Shown piece after piece: positions 44,432 to 55,836 of a stretch of DNA of 64,000 nucleotides. This DNA comes from an uncultured delta proteobacterium. GTDB lineage: Bacteria > Desulfobacterota > Desulfomonilia > Desulfomonilales > Desulfomonilaceae. The notes under the pieces were generated by a model. That model ran no database searches. It worked only from the letters and a program-made list of their open reading frames with translations, and was not told the origin of the DNA. Numbering within the stretch: position 1 is the stretch's first letter; every line of letters starts with the position of its first letter. The stretch covers positions 1,056,001-1,120,000 of the forward strand of contig CAWBKB010000003.1 in NCBI GenBank assembly GCA_963789265.1. The letters are read 5' to 3'. A program made the position numbers and the translations under genes.

Positions 44432-45273
44432 CTCGTCGCTCTTCCGGAATGCGGAATTTTGTGAATTTTTCAGCCAAGGTTGTCGCGACCTTGTGTGCGG
44501 TTCTCGGCATTGTCTTTCTGAGTTGGGTTCTCATCGAAGTTATTCAAAACGGCTTTCACGCGCTTAACTGGTCTTTTTTCACGCAACTGCCCCCTCCGCC
44601 GGGAAGCGAGACGGGGGGACTGGCCAACGCCATCTTAGGGACATTGGAACTCACCGGCCTTGCCACCCTCCTCGCGGTGCCTCTTGGGCTACTAGCGGGA
44701 ATATATTTGTCCGAGTTCGGACAGAAATCTATGTTGGGAGCCACCGCACGCTTTGTTACCAATTGCTTGATTGGGATTCCGTCGATCATAGTCGGACTTT
44801 TCGTGTATGCCTCGATGGTAGTACCGATGGGCAAATTCTCCGGATACGCTGGCGCAGTATCATTGGCCGTTATAATGTTCCCGGTCGTTGTCGGCACCTC
44901 GGAAGCCATGCTCAACCTGGTGCCGAACGAATTACGCGAATCGGCCATCGCTATTGGTGCACCCAGATGGAAGATAACTCTCCAGGTGGTTTTCGCTGCG
45001 GCAAAGGCCGGCATTGTTACCGGCATAATTCTTTCTGTAGCCAGAGTGAGCGGGGAAACCGCACCGCTATTGTTCACCGCTCTTAATAGTCCGTACTGGC
45101 CGAGCCAGTTTGCCGCACCCACTGCAAACCTGACCGTAACCATTTTCAATTACGCGATGTCGCCTTATGCATACTGGCAGCAGCTTGCATGGGGAGCCTC
45201 ACTTTTGATCATGATGGCGGTCCTGGCACTGACGATAGCTGCCCGTACGGCTTTCAGGGAGTCCCTACGATGA
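44428..45273 (+). CDS. pstA: Phosphate ABC transporter permease
   Basis: [32 protein letters not shown]. Confidence 0.93.
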   Translation: MTRRSSGMRNFVNFSAKVVATLCAVLGIVFLSWVLIEVIQNGFHALNWSFFTQLPPPPGSETGGLANAILGTLELTGLATLLAVPLGLLAGIYLSEFGQKSMLGATARFVTNCLIGIPSIIVGLFVYASMVVPMGKFSGYAGAVSLAVIMFPVVVGTSEAMLNLVPNELRESAIAIGAPRWKITLQVVFAAAKAGIVTGIILSVARVSGETAPLLFTALNSPYWPSQFAAPTANLTVTIFNYAMSPYAYWQQLAWGASLLIMMAVLALTIAARTAFRESLR

Positions 45274-46109
45274 AGAAAACCCCGGCTTTCTCTTATCTCG
45301 CGGAGCCGCAACCGGTCGAGGAAATGCCAAAATCACAAGACACGCCTTTGGAAGCGGAGATCAAGGTTTCGGTTAGAAACCTCGATTTCTACTATGGCAA
45401 TCATCAAGCCCTCCACTCAAATGATCTGGATATTATCTCCAATAAGGTGACGGCGATAATTGGGCCCTCGGGATGCGGCAAATCCACCCACATACGAGTC
45501 TATAACAGGATTTACGAACTCTACCGCGATCAAAGAGCCTCCGGAGAGATTCTTATGGACGGCATGAACATCTTGTCCCCTTCCGTCAACATCCTTGAAT
45601 TGCGACGAAAAGTCGGCATGATCTTCCAGAAGCCCACGCCGTTCCCAATGACAGTGTTCGAGAACATAGCTTGGGGCTTGAAGCTGCATTATAAGATGTC
45701 CAGCCGCGACCTTTCGGAACGGGTCGAACAGGCTTTGGAAGGGGCAGCGCTCCTGGATGAAGTGAAGGACAAGCTCCACTCTCCCGGGACTGCGCTCTCC
45801 GGCGGTCAGCAACAACGACTTTGCATAGCCAGGGCCATTGCTGTACAACCTGAGGTGTTGTTGATGGATGAGCCCACTTCCGCTATCGACCCAAGGGCTA
45901 CCGATAAAATAGAAGAGTTGGTCGAATCCCTGAAGGACAATTTCACCATTGTCATCGTTACTCATAACATGCAGCAAGCGGCCCGTATCTCAGACTATAC
46001 CGCCTTCTTTTTTGAGGGCCGGATAATCGAAGTCGGCTCCACGAGTCAAGTGTTCACAAACCCTAAAAACCAGCAGACGGAAGGCTACATAACGGGCCGA
46101 TTTGGCTAA
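45270..46109 (+). CDS. pstB: Phosphate ABC transporter ATPase
   Basis: [38 protein letters not shown]. Confidence 0.95.
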   Translation: MKKTPAFSYLAEPQPVEEMPKSQDTPLEAEIKVSVRNLDFYYGNHQALHSNDLDIISNKVTAIIGPSGCGKSTHIRVYNRIYELYRDQRASGEILMDGMNILSPSVNILELRRKVGMIFQKPTPFPMTVFENIAWGLKLHYKMSSRDLSERVEQALEGAALLDEVKDKLHSPGTALSGGQQQRLCIARAIAVQPEVLLMDEPTSAIDPRATDKIEELVESLKDNFTIVIVTHNMQQAARISDYTAFFFEGRIIEVGSTSQVFTNPKNQQTEGYITGRFG

Positions 46110-46467
46110 GGGTATGGTTCCGGGCTTGGGCAGTGCCGCAATTGTTTGGTCCGGATCCCGCTCCCAGGGCTCAGACACTGCTCCTTCTAGGGCGTTGACC
46201 CGTTTGCGATAATTTGAAACAGCGAAGACCTCTTCTTCTGCAATCCGCTGATAGCACACGTATCTCTGCGCTTCTTGCCGCGTCTTGTTCCTGCCGGTAT
46301 TCCACATCAAGTTGTGAATGAGGTTTCCTAATGCGGGATGGGCCCAAGCAGGCTGTCCCGCGTGCATATTTTTTCAGTTGCTCTTGACAAATTTATCATT
46401 AAAAGGTATTACTTGCGACGTTTTCTTAAAGTAATTTACATGATCGACAGCGCGTCGACCACGGATA

Positions 46468-47214
46468 ATGAAAAAACTTCTCGTCACTGCTTGGCTCACG
46501 GCTCTCTGTTTTCTCCTCCTCGGGAACGTCCATGCATGGGAAGTGCCTGCCTTCCTGAGACTGAGCGCGGGTACTAGAATGTGGTTCTCGGTGCTTCAAG
46601 GAGATCTCATACAGAGCGACAAAACCAAATTGGACATTATCGACAATGTTGGAGTAGATAGTAATAAGCTTGTGTGGGAATTCTTTGCGAATTTCAGAAT
46701 AGATAATATACACGTGTTCAGGTTCCGCTGCGAACCGAACACCCTTTATAGCTCCGGAAACGCCTCTTTTCAAAAAATACGTTATTTTCAAATGGGTTAT
46801 GATTGTGATTTCTACATGACCCCGCAGACCCTCTTCGGGGCCAATTGCGACCTTGGAATCTGGGACATGGAAACCAGAGTCAATGACGTCACTGTTGCCA
46901 ATTCGTTTTTTAATTACAGTGAAAACCAGAATCGCACGATACCTACTCTCGGCCTGCACGGAAGTTTCTACCCCATAATAGAAGGAATCTCTCTACGCCC
47001 GTGCGTGTCCGGCAGGGCTGACTGGTGGAATTACAACAATCTTGAGACGTGGGATTGGGAGGTCAGCGGTGCAGTGGACATCCCGGTAAATAGTCTTTGG
47101 ACTTGGACTATTAACTCCGGGTACAAAATGTGGCATATCAAATCCAAACGGGACCGCGACACAATTGACATAAATCGGAGCGGCTTCTTTATCGAAACAT
47201 CGGTTCTATTTTAG
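46468..47214 (+). CDS. Putative outer-membrane beta-barrel protein
   Basis: Signal peptide ending NVHA, aromatic-rich amphipathic strands, C-terminal Phe. Confidence 0.65.
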   Translation: MKKLLVTAWLTALCFLLLGNVHAWEVPAFLRLSAGTRMWFSVLQGDLIQSDKTKLDIIDNVGVDSNKLVWEFFANFRIDNIHVFRFRCEPNTLYSSGNASFQKIRYFQMGYDCDFYMTPQTLFGANCDLGIWDMETRVNDVTVANSFFNYSENQNRTIPTLGLHGSFYPIIEGISLRPCVSGRADWWNYNNLETWDWEVSGAVDIPVNSLWTWTINSGYKMWHIKSKRDRDTIDINRSGFFIETSVLF

Positions 47215-47364
47215 ATGTCAACTCAATATTTATGGCCTTGCCCTATGCCCGCGTCGGCCACCTTATGGATTATTGCAACCGAAAGTGAATTTGGCTGAAG
47301 GTACCGCAGTGCCACCAGGGCCTTTGCTCCAAAATCTTGCCGGTTCGGCCGGGACTATGTCTGT

Positions 47365-48156
47365 CTAGCACGCGCCTGCCATTAACTTGCCCTCCAGCAC
47401 TTCCGTAAGCCTGCCGAGGATCTCGCTCGCGCTTCCCAATAGCAAAATGTCGCTAACCTGTTCGTACATTGCCGATGGTTCCCGGTTTATCTCAACAACC
47501 GTTGCCGGAGGATATTTTAGTTTGACGGACAGCGGAATCTGCGCGGCGGGGAACACTTGTAGGGAGGTCCCAATCACCAGGAGCAGGTCACATTTTTGTG
47601 ATTGGACCTGAGAAATCATAAGCGCCTTGGATGGAATGGCTTCCCCAAAGAAAATTGCGTCGGGCTTGAGCAATCCTCCGCATTTTTGGCACCTCGGGGC
47701 TCCGTCCGGAGCGCCGGCGAATCGGGCCTCCACTTCTCCTATGGGCTCCAGGGCCCGACATTTCATACATGCAGCCCGCAATAGATTTCCATGAAATTCA
47801 ATTACGTCAACGGAGCCTGCTCTCTGGTGAAGGTTATCCACGTTTTGAGTGATAATGCACTTCAGCATTCCCATTTGCTCCAGTCGAGACAGAGCGAAGT
47901 GAGCCGGATTAGGGTTTGCCGAGGCTAAGTCGAAGTCACCGGATTCCTTTAACTTCAAGTGAAGTCGCCAGAATCGCGCCGGATTTTGGAGAAAGCGGTC
48001 GATCGAAAATTCGCCCGGATCGACCCGGGTCCAAAGCCCGCCCGGGCTTCGGAAATCCGGGATGCCGGATTCAGTACTAATTCCGGCACCGGTCAACGCC
48101 ACTGCGTTTTTGGCGCGCACTATGCTCTGTGCAACTTTTTCTATGAGGTCTTCCAT
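47365..48156 (-). CDS. cobB: NAD-dependent protein deacylase (sirtuin)
   Basis: GAGISTESGIPDFRS, TQNVDNLHQRAG, HG, two CxxC, GTSLQVFPAA. Confidence 0.93.
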   Translation of the reverse strand: MEDLIEKVAQSIVRAKNAVALTGAGISTESGIPDFRSPGGLWTRVDPGEFSIDRFLQNPARFWRLHLKLKESGDFDLASANPNPAHFALSRLEQMGMLKCIITQNVDNLHQRAGSVDVIEFHGNLLRAACMKCRALEPIGEVEARFAGAPDGAPRCQKCGGLLKPDAIFFGEAIPSKALMISQVQSQKCDLLLVIGTSLQVFPAAQIPLSVKLKYPPATVVEINREPSAMYEQVSDILLLGSASEILGRLTEVLEGKLMAGAC

Positions 48157-48555
48157 GCACTCTCCTCACTTTTCCTCATATTATAAGGGGCCGGGCAATG
48201 ACGCAACGGATTTCTCGGAGGGGAATGAATTTCAGGCGACAATCCCCACGCCGGGCGACCTTTCAATCAGAGAGCGAATTTGTACAAAGCAATATCAGCC
48301 CCAATATTTAAGACTTTCATCGGACAATATGTGTCAATGAGCCATCAACCGCTTCAACTTGCTATTGATGAGCCCGCGGCGTACCGGGAGATCTTTTATG
48401 GGGCAAAAATTTCGTCGGCCTTCGGCGCGCATCCCGTCTACCGCTGCTCTGGTTTGCTCTTGACACAAGGAAGAGATAGATACTATGGTTAAATAGAATC
48501 ATCAATTTTGCGATTCTTTAGCTTTGAAGCACGCATCTTTGACACAGGGACGAAC

Positions 48556-49164
48556 ATGGACGAAGACCGACAAACAATAGCAGAGGTCCTCGCCGGAGAC
48601 TACGATGCTTTCGAGCGCCTGGTGACGAAATATGAAGGTAGGATTTATCGTCATTTGAGAAAGATTGTTAAGGATAACCATCAGGCACAAGATTTATTGC
48701 AAGAGACTTTCTTGAACGCCTATAAGGGCTTGAAAGGCTTCAGCGGCACGTCATCCTTTTCCACATGGCTGTTCAGGATAGCAACGAATAATGCTTTGAT
48801 GCTTCTCAGGAAGAATAAGCCGGAACTCATTGAATATGACGATCAGCTTAAAAGCCCTATCGACTCCTCCTCTGGTCCGGGTTCCGCTGAGTTCGCTAGT
48901 TCGCCTCTGGATCTTCTTCTTTCGAAAGAGGGCTGCAAGAAGATCGAAGAAGCCATTGACGATCTTCCCGTGTTATATCGTTCCGTAATTGTTCTTAGAG
49001 ATGTCGAGGGTTTTTCGCTCAAGGAAGTTTCCGAGATAATGGATTCTTCAGTGGCGGCGGTAAAATCGCGTCTTCACCGGGCCCGGAATTCTGTCCGCCT
49101 GGCTTTAAATTCCTATTACATGGAAGAAGAGGTCTCTTCCGGCACGCGTAGGGCATCGAGATAG
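48556..49164 (+). CDS. ECF RNA polymerase sigma-70 factor
   Basis: AQDLLQETFLNAY, FSTWLFRIATN, VKSRLHRAR. Confidence 0.92.
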   Translation: MDEDRQTIAEVLAGDYDAFERLVTKYEGRIYRHLRKIVKDNHQAQDLLQETFLNAYKGLKGFSGTSSFSTWLFRIATNNALMLLRKNKPELIEYDDQLKSPIDSSSGPGSAEFASSPLDLLLSKEGCKKIEEAIDDLPVLYRSVIVLRDVEGFSLKEVSEIMDSSVAAVKSRLHRARNSVRLALNSYYMEEEVSSGTRRASR

Positions 49165-49167
49165 AAA

Positions 49168-49410
49168 ATGAAAACTTGCGAAGATTATTGCGATCATTTG
49201 TCTGATTTCCTGGACGGTGACATTGGGGAAGATGAGTGTAGGTGCATCGAAGAGCACTTAGCGCTGTGTGAGCCATGCTCCCTGGTATACCAGTCGCTTC
49301 GAGCCACCGTAAATCTATGCGCCAGGGGTGTTTCGGAGGATATCCCGGAAGATGTTCGGACCAAACTGAAAATGTTTCTGAGAGAGCATTGCGGGAGAGA
49401 GCAAATTTAA
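49168..49410 (+). CDS. Soluble zinc-finger (ZAS/zf-HC2) anti-sigma factor
   Basis: CxxxxxHLSDFLDG..EEHLALCEPC (HxxxCxxC); no TM segment; follows the ECF sigma. Confidence 0.88.
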   Translation: MKTCEDYCDHLSDFLDGDIGEDECRCIEEHLALCEPCSLVYQSLRATVNLCARGVSEDIPEDVRTKLKMFLREHCGREQI

Positions 49411-49430
49411 GCTTTTGAGAGGAGTGTATA

Positions 49431-49763
49431 ATGTCTGAAAATGAGAACCTTTACCATGTGACTGATGGAGATTTCGACCAACAGATCCTTCAGTCGGATA
49501 TACCCGCACTGGTGGACTTCTGGGCCGCGTGGTGCGGCCCCTGCCGGACCGTGGGTCCTATCGTGGAAGAACTCGCGGACGAATATAAAGGGAAGGTCAA
49601 AGTCGCCAAGCTGGATGTCGACAATAATAAACAGGTTGCGAGCAAGTACGGAGTCAGGGGCATCCCAACTTTAATGCTGTTCAAAGATGGACAAGTAGTT
49701 GACCAGATTGTCGGCGCGGTTCCCAAAAGCCGTATAAAGGAGCTGCTAGACAAGGCCTCTTAG
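49431..49763 (+). CDS. trxA: Thioredoxin
   Basis: [15 protein letters not shown]. Confidence 0.96.
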   Translation: MSENENLYHVTDGDFDQQILQSDIPALVDFWAAWCGPCRTVGPIVEELADEYKGKVKVAKLDVDNNKQVASKYGVRGIPTLMLFKDGQVVDQIVGAVPKSRIKELLDKAS

Positions 49764-49764
49764 C

Positions 49765-50685
49765 ATGAAGAAAGATCTTCTTATTTTGGGAGGCGGGCCG
49801 GCAGGCCTGACGGCCGGTCTGTATGCAGCTAGAGCTCGCGTCCCTGTTGCCGTCCTTGAAAAGGGCTTGCCTGGGGGGCAACTAACCGCGACGGAGACTG
49901 TGGACAACTACCCTGGCTTCAGCGAACCGGTTCTGGGCTTTGAGTTGGCCCAAAGAATGGAAGCCCAAGCGAAGAGGTTCGGTGTGGAAATTGTCCAGAC
50001 CGAAGTGAAACGGGTTACGCCAATAGATAAAGGCTTTTCAGTAAGTACGGACGCAGGGGAGGATTTCGCATGCCAAGTGTTGATATTGGCCACAGGAGCG
50101 GCGCCGGTTAAGCTAGGCATTCCCGGAGAATTGAAGTTGGCGGGCAGAGGAGTGAGCTACTGCGCGGTTTGTGACGGCCCTTTCTTCAGAGATCTTGAAG
50201 TCGCCGTTGTGGGAGGCGGCGATTCGGCAGTGGAGGAAGCTTGCTATCTCACGAGGTTCGCTTCGAAGGTTCATCTTATCCACAGGCGTGACCAATTACG
50301 AGCAGTAAGAGAAATTCAGGAAAAGGCGTTTACCCAGCCCAAAGTCATGATTCACTGGAACACGGTTCCCGTTGAGATTCTAGGTGACCATGAGGTACAA
50401 GGGTTGCGCGTTCGTTCAGTGCATGACGCGTCTGAAAAAGTGCTGCCGGTGGGCGGGATTTTCTTCTATGTGGGCTTGAATCCCAATTCGGAAGGATTCC
50501 GCAATCTCGTCGACGCAGACGAGAGAGGATTCATTACTACGGACAGTAGCATGGCCTGCTCCAGGCCGGGCGTCTTCGCAGCCGGAGACATACGGGCCAA
50601 AATCCTCCGTCAGATTTCCACCGCAGTTGGGGATGGCGCCACAGCCGCGTACAGCGCACAACAGTATCTCGAGAGCATGAGCTGA
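49765..50685 (+). CDS. trxB: Thioredoxin-disulfide reductase
   Basis: GGGPAGLTA, SYCAVCDG, GGGDSAVEE, HRRD, FAAGD. Confidence 0.95.
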   Translation: MKKDLLILGGGPAGLTAGLYAARARVPVAVLEKGLPGGQLTATETVDNYPGFSEPVLGFELAQRMEAQAKRFGVEIVQTEVKRVTPIDKGFSVSTDAGEDFACQVLILATGAAPVKLGIPGELKLAGRGVSYCAVCDGPFFRDLEVAVVGGGDSAVEEACYLTRFASKVHLIHRRDQLRAVREIQEKAFTQPKVMIHWNTVPVEILGDHEVQGLRVRSVHDASEKVLPVGGIFFYVGLNPNSEGFRNLVDADERGFITTDSSMACSRPGVFAAGDIRAKILRQISTAVGDGATAAYSAQQYLESMS

Positions 50686-50760
50686 TCACGACAAACCCGT
50701 TTTCGATTTGTCGCAAGCGGCCAAATTTGTGCGGTACCCCTCCGGTTCGATCTTCGGGAA

Positions 50761-51219
50761 TCAGCGCGGCGGCCCTGTATACCAAAAAGGATTCGGATCG
50801 AAGTAATCCTGATCCCCGAAAGCGCGGCAACGAGTTCCGTATTCCGGGTCCATCGTTGGGCCGTATTCCGGCTTCCAGAATGTGGCAATCTCGAGGGCGC
50901 CTAATGTCATTCTTTTGAGCCCGTACACAAGACCCGAGGCTGTTCCGGCAATCATGCCATTAAGGGAACCTGCTATATTCCCCCAGCAACCACTCTCGTA
51001 CGATCCTACATAGGCTCCATTAATAGCGCTGTTCGCGAAGTGTGTAGCGAGTTCATGGGGACCTGATATAAGATCTACGAAGCCTCGCCCAAGTTTCCAA
51101 GCGGGGAGGCACCTGTCGAAGTTGTTGAGATCGTCAAAATCCGTCTCAAACGCAAATGACCAGCAACTAATTCCGATTAACAGAACCATTGCCACGGCCA
51201 AGATTAGGAACTTCTTCAT
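50761..51219 (-). CDS. Secreted protein resembling the putative exosortase-associated TIGR04073 family
   Basis: Signal peptide, KLGRG motif, RMTLGALEIATF segment; GGAGG RBS. Confidence 0.6.
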   Translation of the reverse strand: MKKFLILAVAMVLLIGISCWSFAFETDFDDLNNFDRCLPAWKLGRGFVDLISGPHELATHFANSAINGAYVGSYESGCWGNIAGSLNGMIAGTASGLVYGLKRMTLGALEIATFWKPEYGPTMDPEYGTRCRAFGDQDYFDPNPFWYTGPPR

Positions 51220-51507
51220 CTCATCCTCCGTGGTCCGAATGCCCGCCGCGCTGTCGAACATTCAGATTTGTGTCTGTCCCATGATATTTGTCCATGTCAG
51301 AGCATTCACGGGAATTGATTCACGTGGCTATATTATCATAATAGATTGCAAAAAACAATAAAATTACCTATTATTACACCGGGATGTGGAACATCTATAT
51401 AAATAACTTTCACTATTGGGCAGGCTTGCCTCCTTTGATCCAGCGAGGTATCATCGGTTGCGGAACGTTTTTCCCGGGGATCGCGGTCGGCCCACACGAG
51501 GATCACG

Positions 51508-51648
51508 ATGAAAAGATGGTTGCTGGTTGCCCTGACTCTGCTTATGCTTTCCAGTTGCTCTTGGGACAATTTTTTGAAAAGCATTAAGGATATGGATTGG
51601 GAGCGCGATGACCAAACTGTCCGCATCACGGACATATTCATAAGATAA
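51508..51648 (+). CDS. Small predicted lipoprotein (46 aa), absent from the ORF track
   Basis: MKRWLLVALTLLMLSSCSWDNFLKSIKDMDWERDDQTVRITDIFIR*; GAGGA RBS; lipobox LSSC. Confidence 0.65.
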   Translation: MKRWLLVALTLLMLSSCSWDNFLKSIKDMDWERDDQTVRITDIFIR

Positions 51649-51747
51649 AGATGCTGAGTTGGGGTATGACCGAAGCTCTAGGATTTTAGTTTCTTGAGCC
51701 TACAAGCGTTATTTCAACCCGACAAGCCGACTCACTCGGAGGCTGAA

Positions 51748-52143
51748 ATGGTGGAGATCAAGGTGGACAGAGACGTATTGGAGGCTAATTCTACCGAAGA
51801 GATAATCAGAATACTCCGAGAGGAGAGAGACGATTACACTCCCGAGGCAATAAAGATTTTCGAGGAAATCCTTCGGGAAAGGCGAGGGCCGGAGATAAAT
51901 CGAGAAAGCAGCGAACCCGATCCTGCAATACCTGACCGCATTTCTCCTGTTTATGCTGCTCCACGGGAGCCCTTGATTCGCAGGCCGGCAGATGCTGTGC
52001 GCGTTCTAAACGACCTACTCAGCGGCGTCTTGAATGGAAGCACAGAGCCACAGGTGGCGCAGGTTGCCTCCGGTATCGTGATGGGTATCCTCCATGCCAT
52101 CGAGCAGGAGTTAATGACCGAAAGTGAGGAGACCCCCGGATGA
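51748..52143 (+). CDS. Hypothetical protein translationally coupled to hisI
   Basis: GGAGG RBS; ATGA overlap with his[16 protein letters not shown] helical motif. Confidence 0.65.
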   Translation: MVEIKVDRDVLEANSTEEIIRILREERDDYTPEAIKIFEEILRERRGPEINRESSEPDPAIPDRISPVYAAPREPLIRRPADAVRVLNDLLSGVLNGSTEPQVAQVASGIVMGILHAIEQELMTESEETPG

Positions 52144-52511
52144 AGCCGCTAGCAGGAAACGATCAACCGGAGGTTGATTTTGAAAAAGGCAATGGGCTCG
52201 TTCCGGCCATAGCTCAGGATGTTCGTACCGGTAAAGTCCTTATGATGGCTTACATGAATAAGGAAGCGCTGGAGACGACTTTGAAGGAAGGTAGGGCATG
52301 CTACTGGAGCCGTTCTCGGAAAGAACTGTGGCGCAAGGGAGCGACTTCGGGAGACGTCCAGATCGTCAAGGAGGTACTGGTAGACTGCGATCAGGATACC
52401 ATACTACTCTTGGTAGAACAGCAAGGAAGAGGGGCTTGCCACACCCGAAAATGGAGCTGCTTCTTCCGCCGCCTTACCCCGCAAGGAGAGATTCTGGATA
52501 TAGATGAATAA
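52140..52511 (+). CDS. hisI: Phosphoribosyl-AMP cyclohydrolase
   Basis: [32 protein letters not shown]. Confidence 0.95.
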   Translation: MKPLAGNDQPEVDFEKGNGLVPAIAQDVRTGKVLMMAYMNKEALETTLKEGRACYWSRSRKELWRKGATSGDVQIVKEVLVDCDQDTILLLVEQQGRGACHTRKWSCFFRRLTPQGEILDIDE

Positions 52512-53382
52512 AGAAGCACTCAAGCTGGTAATACCAAAAGGCAGCCTCGAACAGGCCACCATAGACCTGTTTCGCAGAGCAGGATGGAACATCAACGTTT
52601 CCCCTCGCAGCTATTTTCCCACTGTTGACGACGATGAAATCATAATGGCACGTTTGAGAGCCCAGGAAATATCTCGCTATGTCGAAGCCGGCACGTTTGA
52701 CGTCGGTTTGACAGGAAGAGACTGGATACTTGAGAACGAATCAGACGTGATGGTCATTGACGATTTAGTTTACTCTAAAGTCTCGCAAAATTCGGCACGT
52801 TGGGTGCTGGCTGTGGACGCGGAATCCGACTACAACGTGCCTGAAGACCTTGATGGAAAACGTATCGCCACCGAACTGGTGAGGTTTACAAAAAAGTTCT
52901 TCTCGGAGCGAGGCGTGAATGTTGAGGTCGAGTTTTCATGGGGAAGTACTGAGGCTAAGGTCAATGAAGGAGTTGTGGATGCAATTGTGGACGTCACCGA
53001 GACCGGCAGCACGCTGAGAGCAAACGGACTGAGGATCATTCACAACCTGCTTACCACCAATACTCAATTCATTGCAAACCGAAGAGCGTTTAAGAATCCC
53101 TTCAAGAGAGAGAAGATCGAGCAGATTCACCTCTTGCTGCAAGCCGCTCTTGAGGCGCGTAAAATGGTGGGCCTCAAGATGAACGTTCCACGGGACAATT
53201 TGGACAAGGTAGTGGGCCTTCTCCCATCCTTAAATGCCCCTACTGTGGCCGGGCTTTACAAATCGGATTGGTTTTCGGTCGAGTCGGTAGTATCTGAAGA
53301 AGTCGTGCGCTCCCTCATTCCGAAGTTGTTGAAGGCCGGAGCTACGGGCATCGTCGAGTATTCCCTCAACAAGGTGATTTGA
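52504..53382 (+). CDS. hisG: ATP phosphoribosyltransferase (long form)
   Basis: [34 protein letters not shown]-terminal regulatory domain. Confidence 0.95.
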   Translation: MNKEALKLVIPKGSLEQATIDLFRRAGWNINVSPRSYFPTVDDDEIIMARLRAQEISRYVEAGTFDVGLTGRDWILENESDVMVIDDLVYSKVSQNSARWVLAVDAESDYNVPEDLDGKRIATELVRFTKKFFSERGVNVEVEFSWGSTEAKVNEGVVDAIVDVTETGSTLRANGLRIIHNLLTTNTQFIANRRAFKNPFKREKIEQIHLLLQAALEARKMVGLKMNVPRDNLDKVVGLLPSLNAPTVAGLYKSDWFSVESVVSEEVVRSLIPKLLKAGATGIVEYSLNKVI

Positions 53383-53449
53383 GCATTCTGTGAACCTACA
53401 CCTCGATACAGCCATGCTGCATGCTCTGCCCAGGTTCTAAGCGCGGTTT

Positions 53450-54478
53450 TCAATGCGGTTCGCTATAGCACTTATCTTCTTGGCTTATTTGGATTACGGC
53501 GCCGCGAGCGGCTATTGATTGCTCCACCAGCGTTAGAGCTTGCATAGCTCTCAGGCCTCTCAGCCCATCCACCAGCGGAGGATTCCCTTCCCGGATAGCT
53601 AAGACGAAGTCCTCGATCTCACGCCGCAGCGGCTCTTCATACGGCACGGAAATCTCTTCTTTATCAACGTTTCCCATCATGCACAGATTGTTTTCCATTG
53701 GGGAAAGTTGATCCGCCGTGTATATTGTGAGGGAACAGGCGAGCGTGTCGGCTATTAGGCAGCGCCTGGGCGTGCTGACGGTCAAAGTACGGATCTTCAT
53801 AGGGGAGCATTTTCCGGTCCAAAAGATTCCCGCGACACCGTTCCCGAATTCAATTCGTGTGTGGGCGACATCAGTTTTCTGCGAAAAAACCGGACGGCCT
53901 ACTGCGGACACGTTGAGAACTGAAGAGCCTGCTATTTCCTGGGCAAGGTCGATATCGTGAATCAGCAAATCATAGAGCACGTCAACATCAATGCAGCGGG
54001 AGCCGTCGAAGGGAGCCAGCCTTCGAGCGTCGATTGAAATGATCTCTTCCGGTTCCCGGCGAAGAACCTCTATGAGTTTATCCACAGCAGGATTGTACCG
54101 TTCGACATGTCCTACCATGAGTACCAGGCCGGCCTTCCGTGAAAGATCCACCAGCCGAGCGGCGGCTTCCACATCATGGGCGAGCGGTTTCTCCATCAAC
54201 ACGTGGATCCCCCGGCCCAAACATTTCTCTCCAATTTCGTAGTGCGTTGATGTGGGAGCCGCCACAATTACCGCGTCACTCTGGTTCAGCAATTCGTCAA
54301 GCGTATCAAAACATTCGCAACCGTGCCTGTCGCAAATTTCTGCGGATCTTACCGGATCGGGGTCGTGAAACCCTGCCAGGTTCACATCCGAAGTCTGGGA
54401 AATGATGCGAACGTGGTGTTGCCCCATAGTCCCGACACCAACGACGCCAACTCGCAAATTCCTATCTGCATTCTTCAT
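53450..54478 (-). CDS. Gfo/Idh/MocA family oxidoreductase
   Basis: GVVGVGTMG, HVLMEKP, VGHVERYNPA, DLLIHDID. Confidence 0.9.
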   Translation of the reverse strand: MKNADRNLRVGVVGVGTMGQHHVRIISQTSDVNLAGFHDPDPVRSAEICDRHGCECFDTLDELLNQSDAVIVAAPTSTHYEIGEKCLGRGIHVLMEKPLAHDVEAAARLVDLSRKAGLVLMVGHVERYNPAVDKLIEVLRREPEEIISIDARRLAPFDGSRCIDVDVLYDLLIHDIDLAQEIAGSSVLNVSAVGRPVFSQKTDVAHTRIEFGNGVAGIFWTGKCSPMKIRTLTVSTPRRCLIADTLACSLTIYTADQLSPMENNLCMMGNVDKEEISVPYEEPLRREIEDFVLAIREGNPPLVDGLRGLRAMQALTLVEQSIAARGAVIQISQEDKCYSEPH

Positions 54479-54651
54479 GAGCGTGGAAGATACACCGCCG
54501 GCATAGTTTCGTCAAAGGGCACATCTATTTCCAATTCGAGTTCAGATAAGCCCTCGCAAGAGCCTACCTAAATCATCGTGCAGTCATCCGAATTATGGGA
54601 GCCGACCTGCCGGATTGAGCCGCCCTCGCCGGTAAGCCGGACCCGAAAGAA

Positions 54652-55836
54652 TCATTCAAAGCGCATAGCGCTCACCGAATCCAGCCTGCTCGCTCTGATC
54701 GATGGATATAGTCCTGAAAGCACCCCAAGAAAAAAGGTAAATATAAGACCTCCGATGATGCTCACAGTCATCATCAAAGGAGAGACCTCCACCCCCAGTG
54801 GCGTCTTCAAGAACTGGACGGACAGAGCCCCACCGACGGCACCGATTATGCCCGCAAAAAGACTTATGAAAATCGCCTCGGTGAGAAACTGAACCATGAT
54901 AAACTCTTCTCGGGCCCCAAGGGCCTTGCGGAGACCTATCTCTCGGGTTCGATCCCGCACCGCGGCAAGCATGACATTCGTTATGCCAAGGCCACCAAGA
55001 ATTATAGTTATACCAAGCGCGGAATAGACTAAGAGCTTGACGATATAAACCGTTCCCTTTACTTTCTTGATGCGCTCAGGGTAGTGGACGACACGAATTC
55101 CCGCTTCGTAACCTTTGTGCGATCCCTTGAGTGCCCGAAGGGCCTCATCGCGGACGGGCTCCACCGCATTCCAATCATCTACTCTCAGGTATATCTCCCT
55201 GATCCATAGTAGGCCCTCAAATAGATCTCGGGCGGTTGAGATCGGGATAAAGACAGAACGGCGAATGTCTGAATTTTGAACTCCACCAAGAATCCCTATC
55301 ACTTGAAAGGACAAATTCCCAACGCGGATTGTCCGTCCGACAGGATTTGGATTATCGAACAGATACTTGACGACGTCTTGGCCTAGCACGCAAACGTTCT
55401 TCCTGCCCACTACATCCGATGGACCTATCAGACGCCCGTAAAGCAAAGTGGGGGTTTGAGTTCTCCAATACGATTGGTCAACGCCAAAGAGTCCGGGGCT
55501 CCATTCTGTGCTGCGAAAATAAGCGTCGATTTGAGGCAGCGAAACGATCGGTGCAACCGCCATCACATGGGGAAGGTGTTTCAGCTTTATGACATCCCTC
55601 TGGTAGTACTGACCCGGATGATAATTCTCATCATTTTGCCATTCCGCTTTCATGACGGTAGCTTCTCCGAGGAGTTCGAGGTGCTCGCCCATCCTCTTTT
55701 CTACCGAATGGCCCATGGTTTGAATAATTATGAATCCAGCGGTGCCGACGGCTATACCGGCCATTACCGCTTTGTAGCGGCGGCGGTTGCGCAACACAAG
55801 ACGCCAGCACATGGTCATGAGGTCATCGAATTTCAA
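54652..55836 (-). CDS. MacB/FtsX-like ABC transporter permease
   Basis: N-terminal TM, large periplasmic domain, GGLGITNVML..RTREIGLRKALGA, LYPSIRASRL. Confidence 0.9.
   Translation of the reverse strand: MKFDDLMTMCWRLVLRNRRRYKAVMAGIAVGTAGFIIIQTMGHSVEKRMGEHLELLGEATVMKAEWQNDENYHPGQYYQRDVIKLKHLPHVMAVAPIVSLPQIDAYFRSTEWSPGLFGVDQSYWRTQTPTLLYGRLIGPSDVVGRKNVCVLGQDVVKYLFDNPNPVGRTIRVGNLSFQVIGILGGVQNSDIRRSVFIPISTARDLFEGLLWIREIYLRVDDWNAVEPVRDEALRALKGSHKGYEAGIRVVHYPERIKKVKGTVYIVKLLVYSALGITIILGGLGITNVMLAAVRDRTREIGLRKALGAREEFIMVQFLTEAIFISLFAGIIGAVGGALSVQFLKTPLGVEVSPLMMTVSIIGGLIFTFFLGVLSGLYPSIRASRLDSVSAMRFE

Noticed and set aside
51384..51587. 67-aa ORF in the ORF track
   Set aside because: No recognisable features; overlaps a better-supported lipoprotein ORF in another frame
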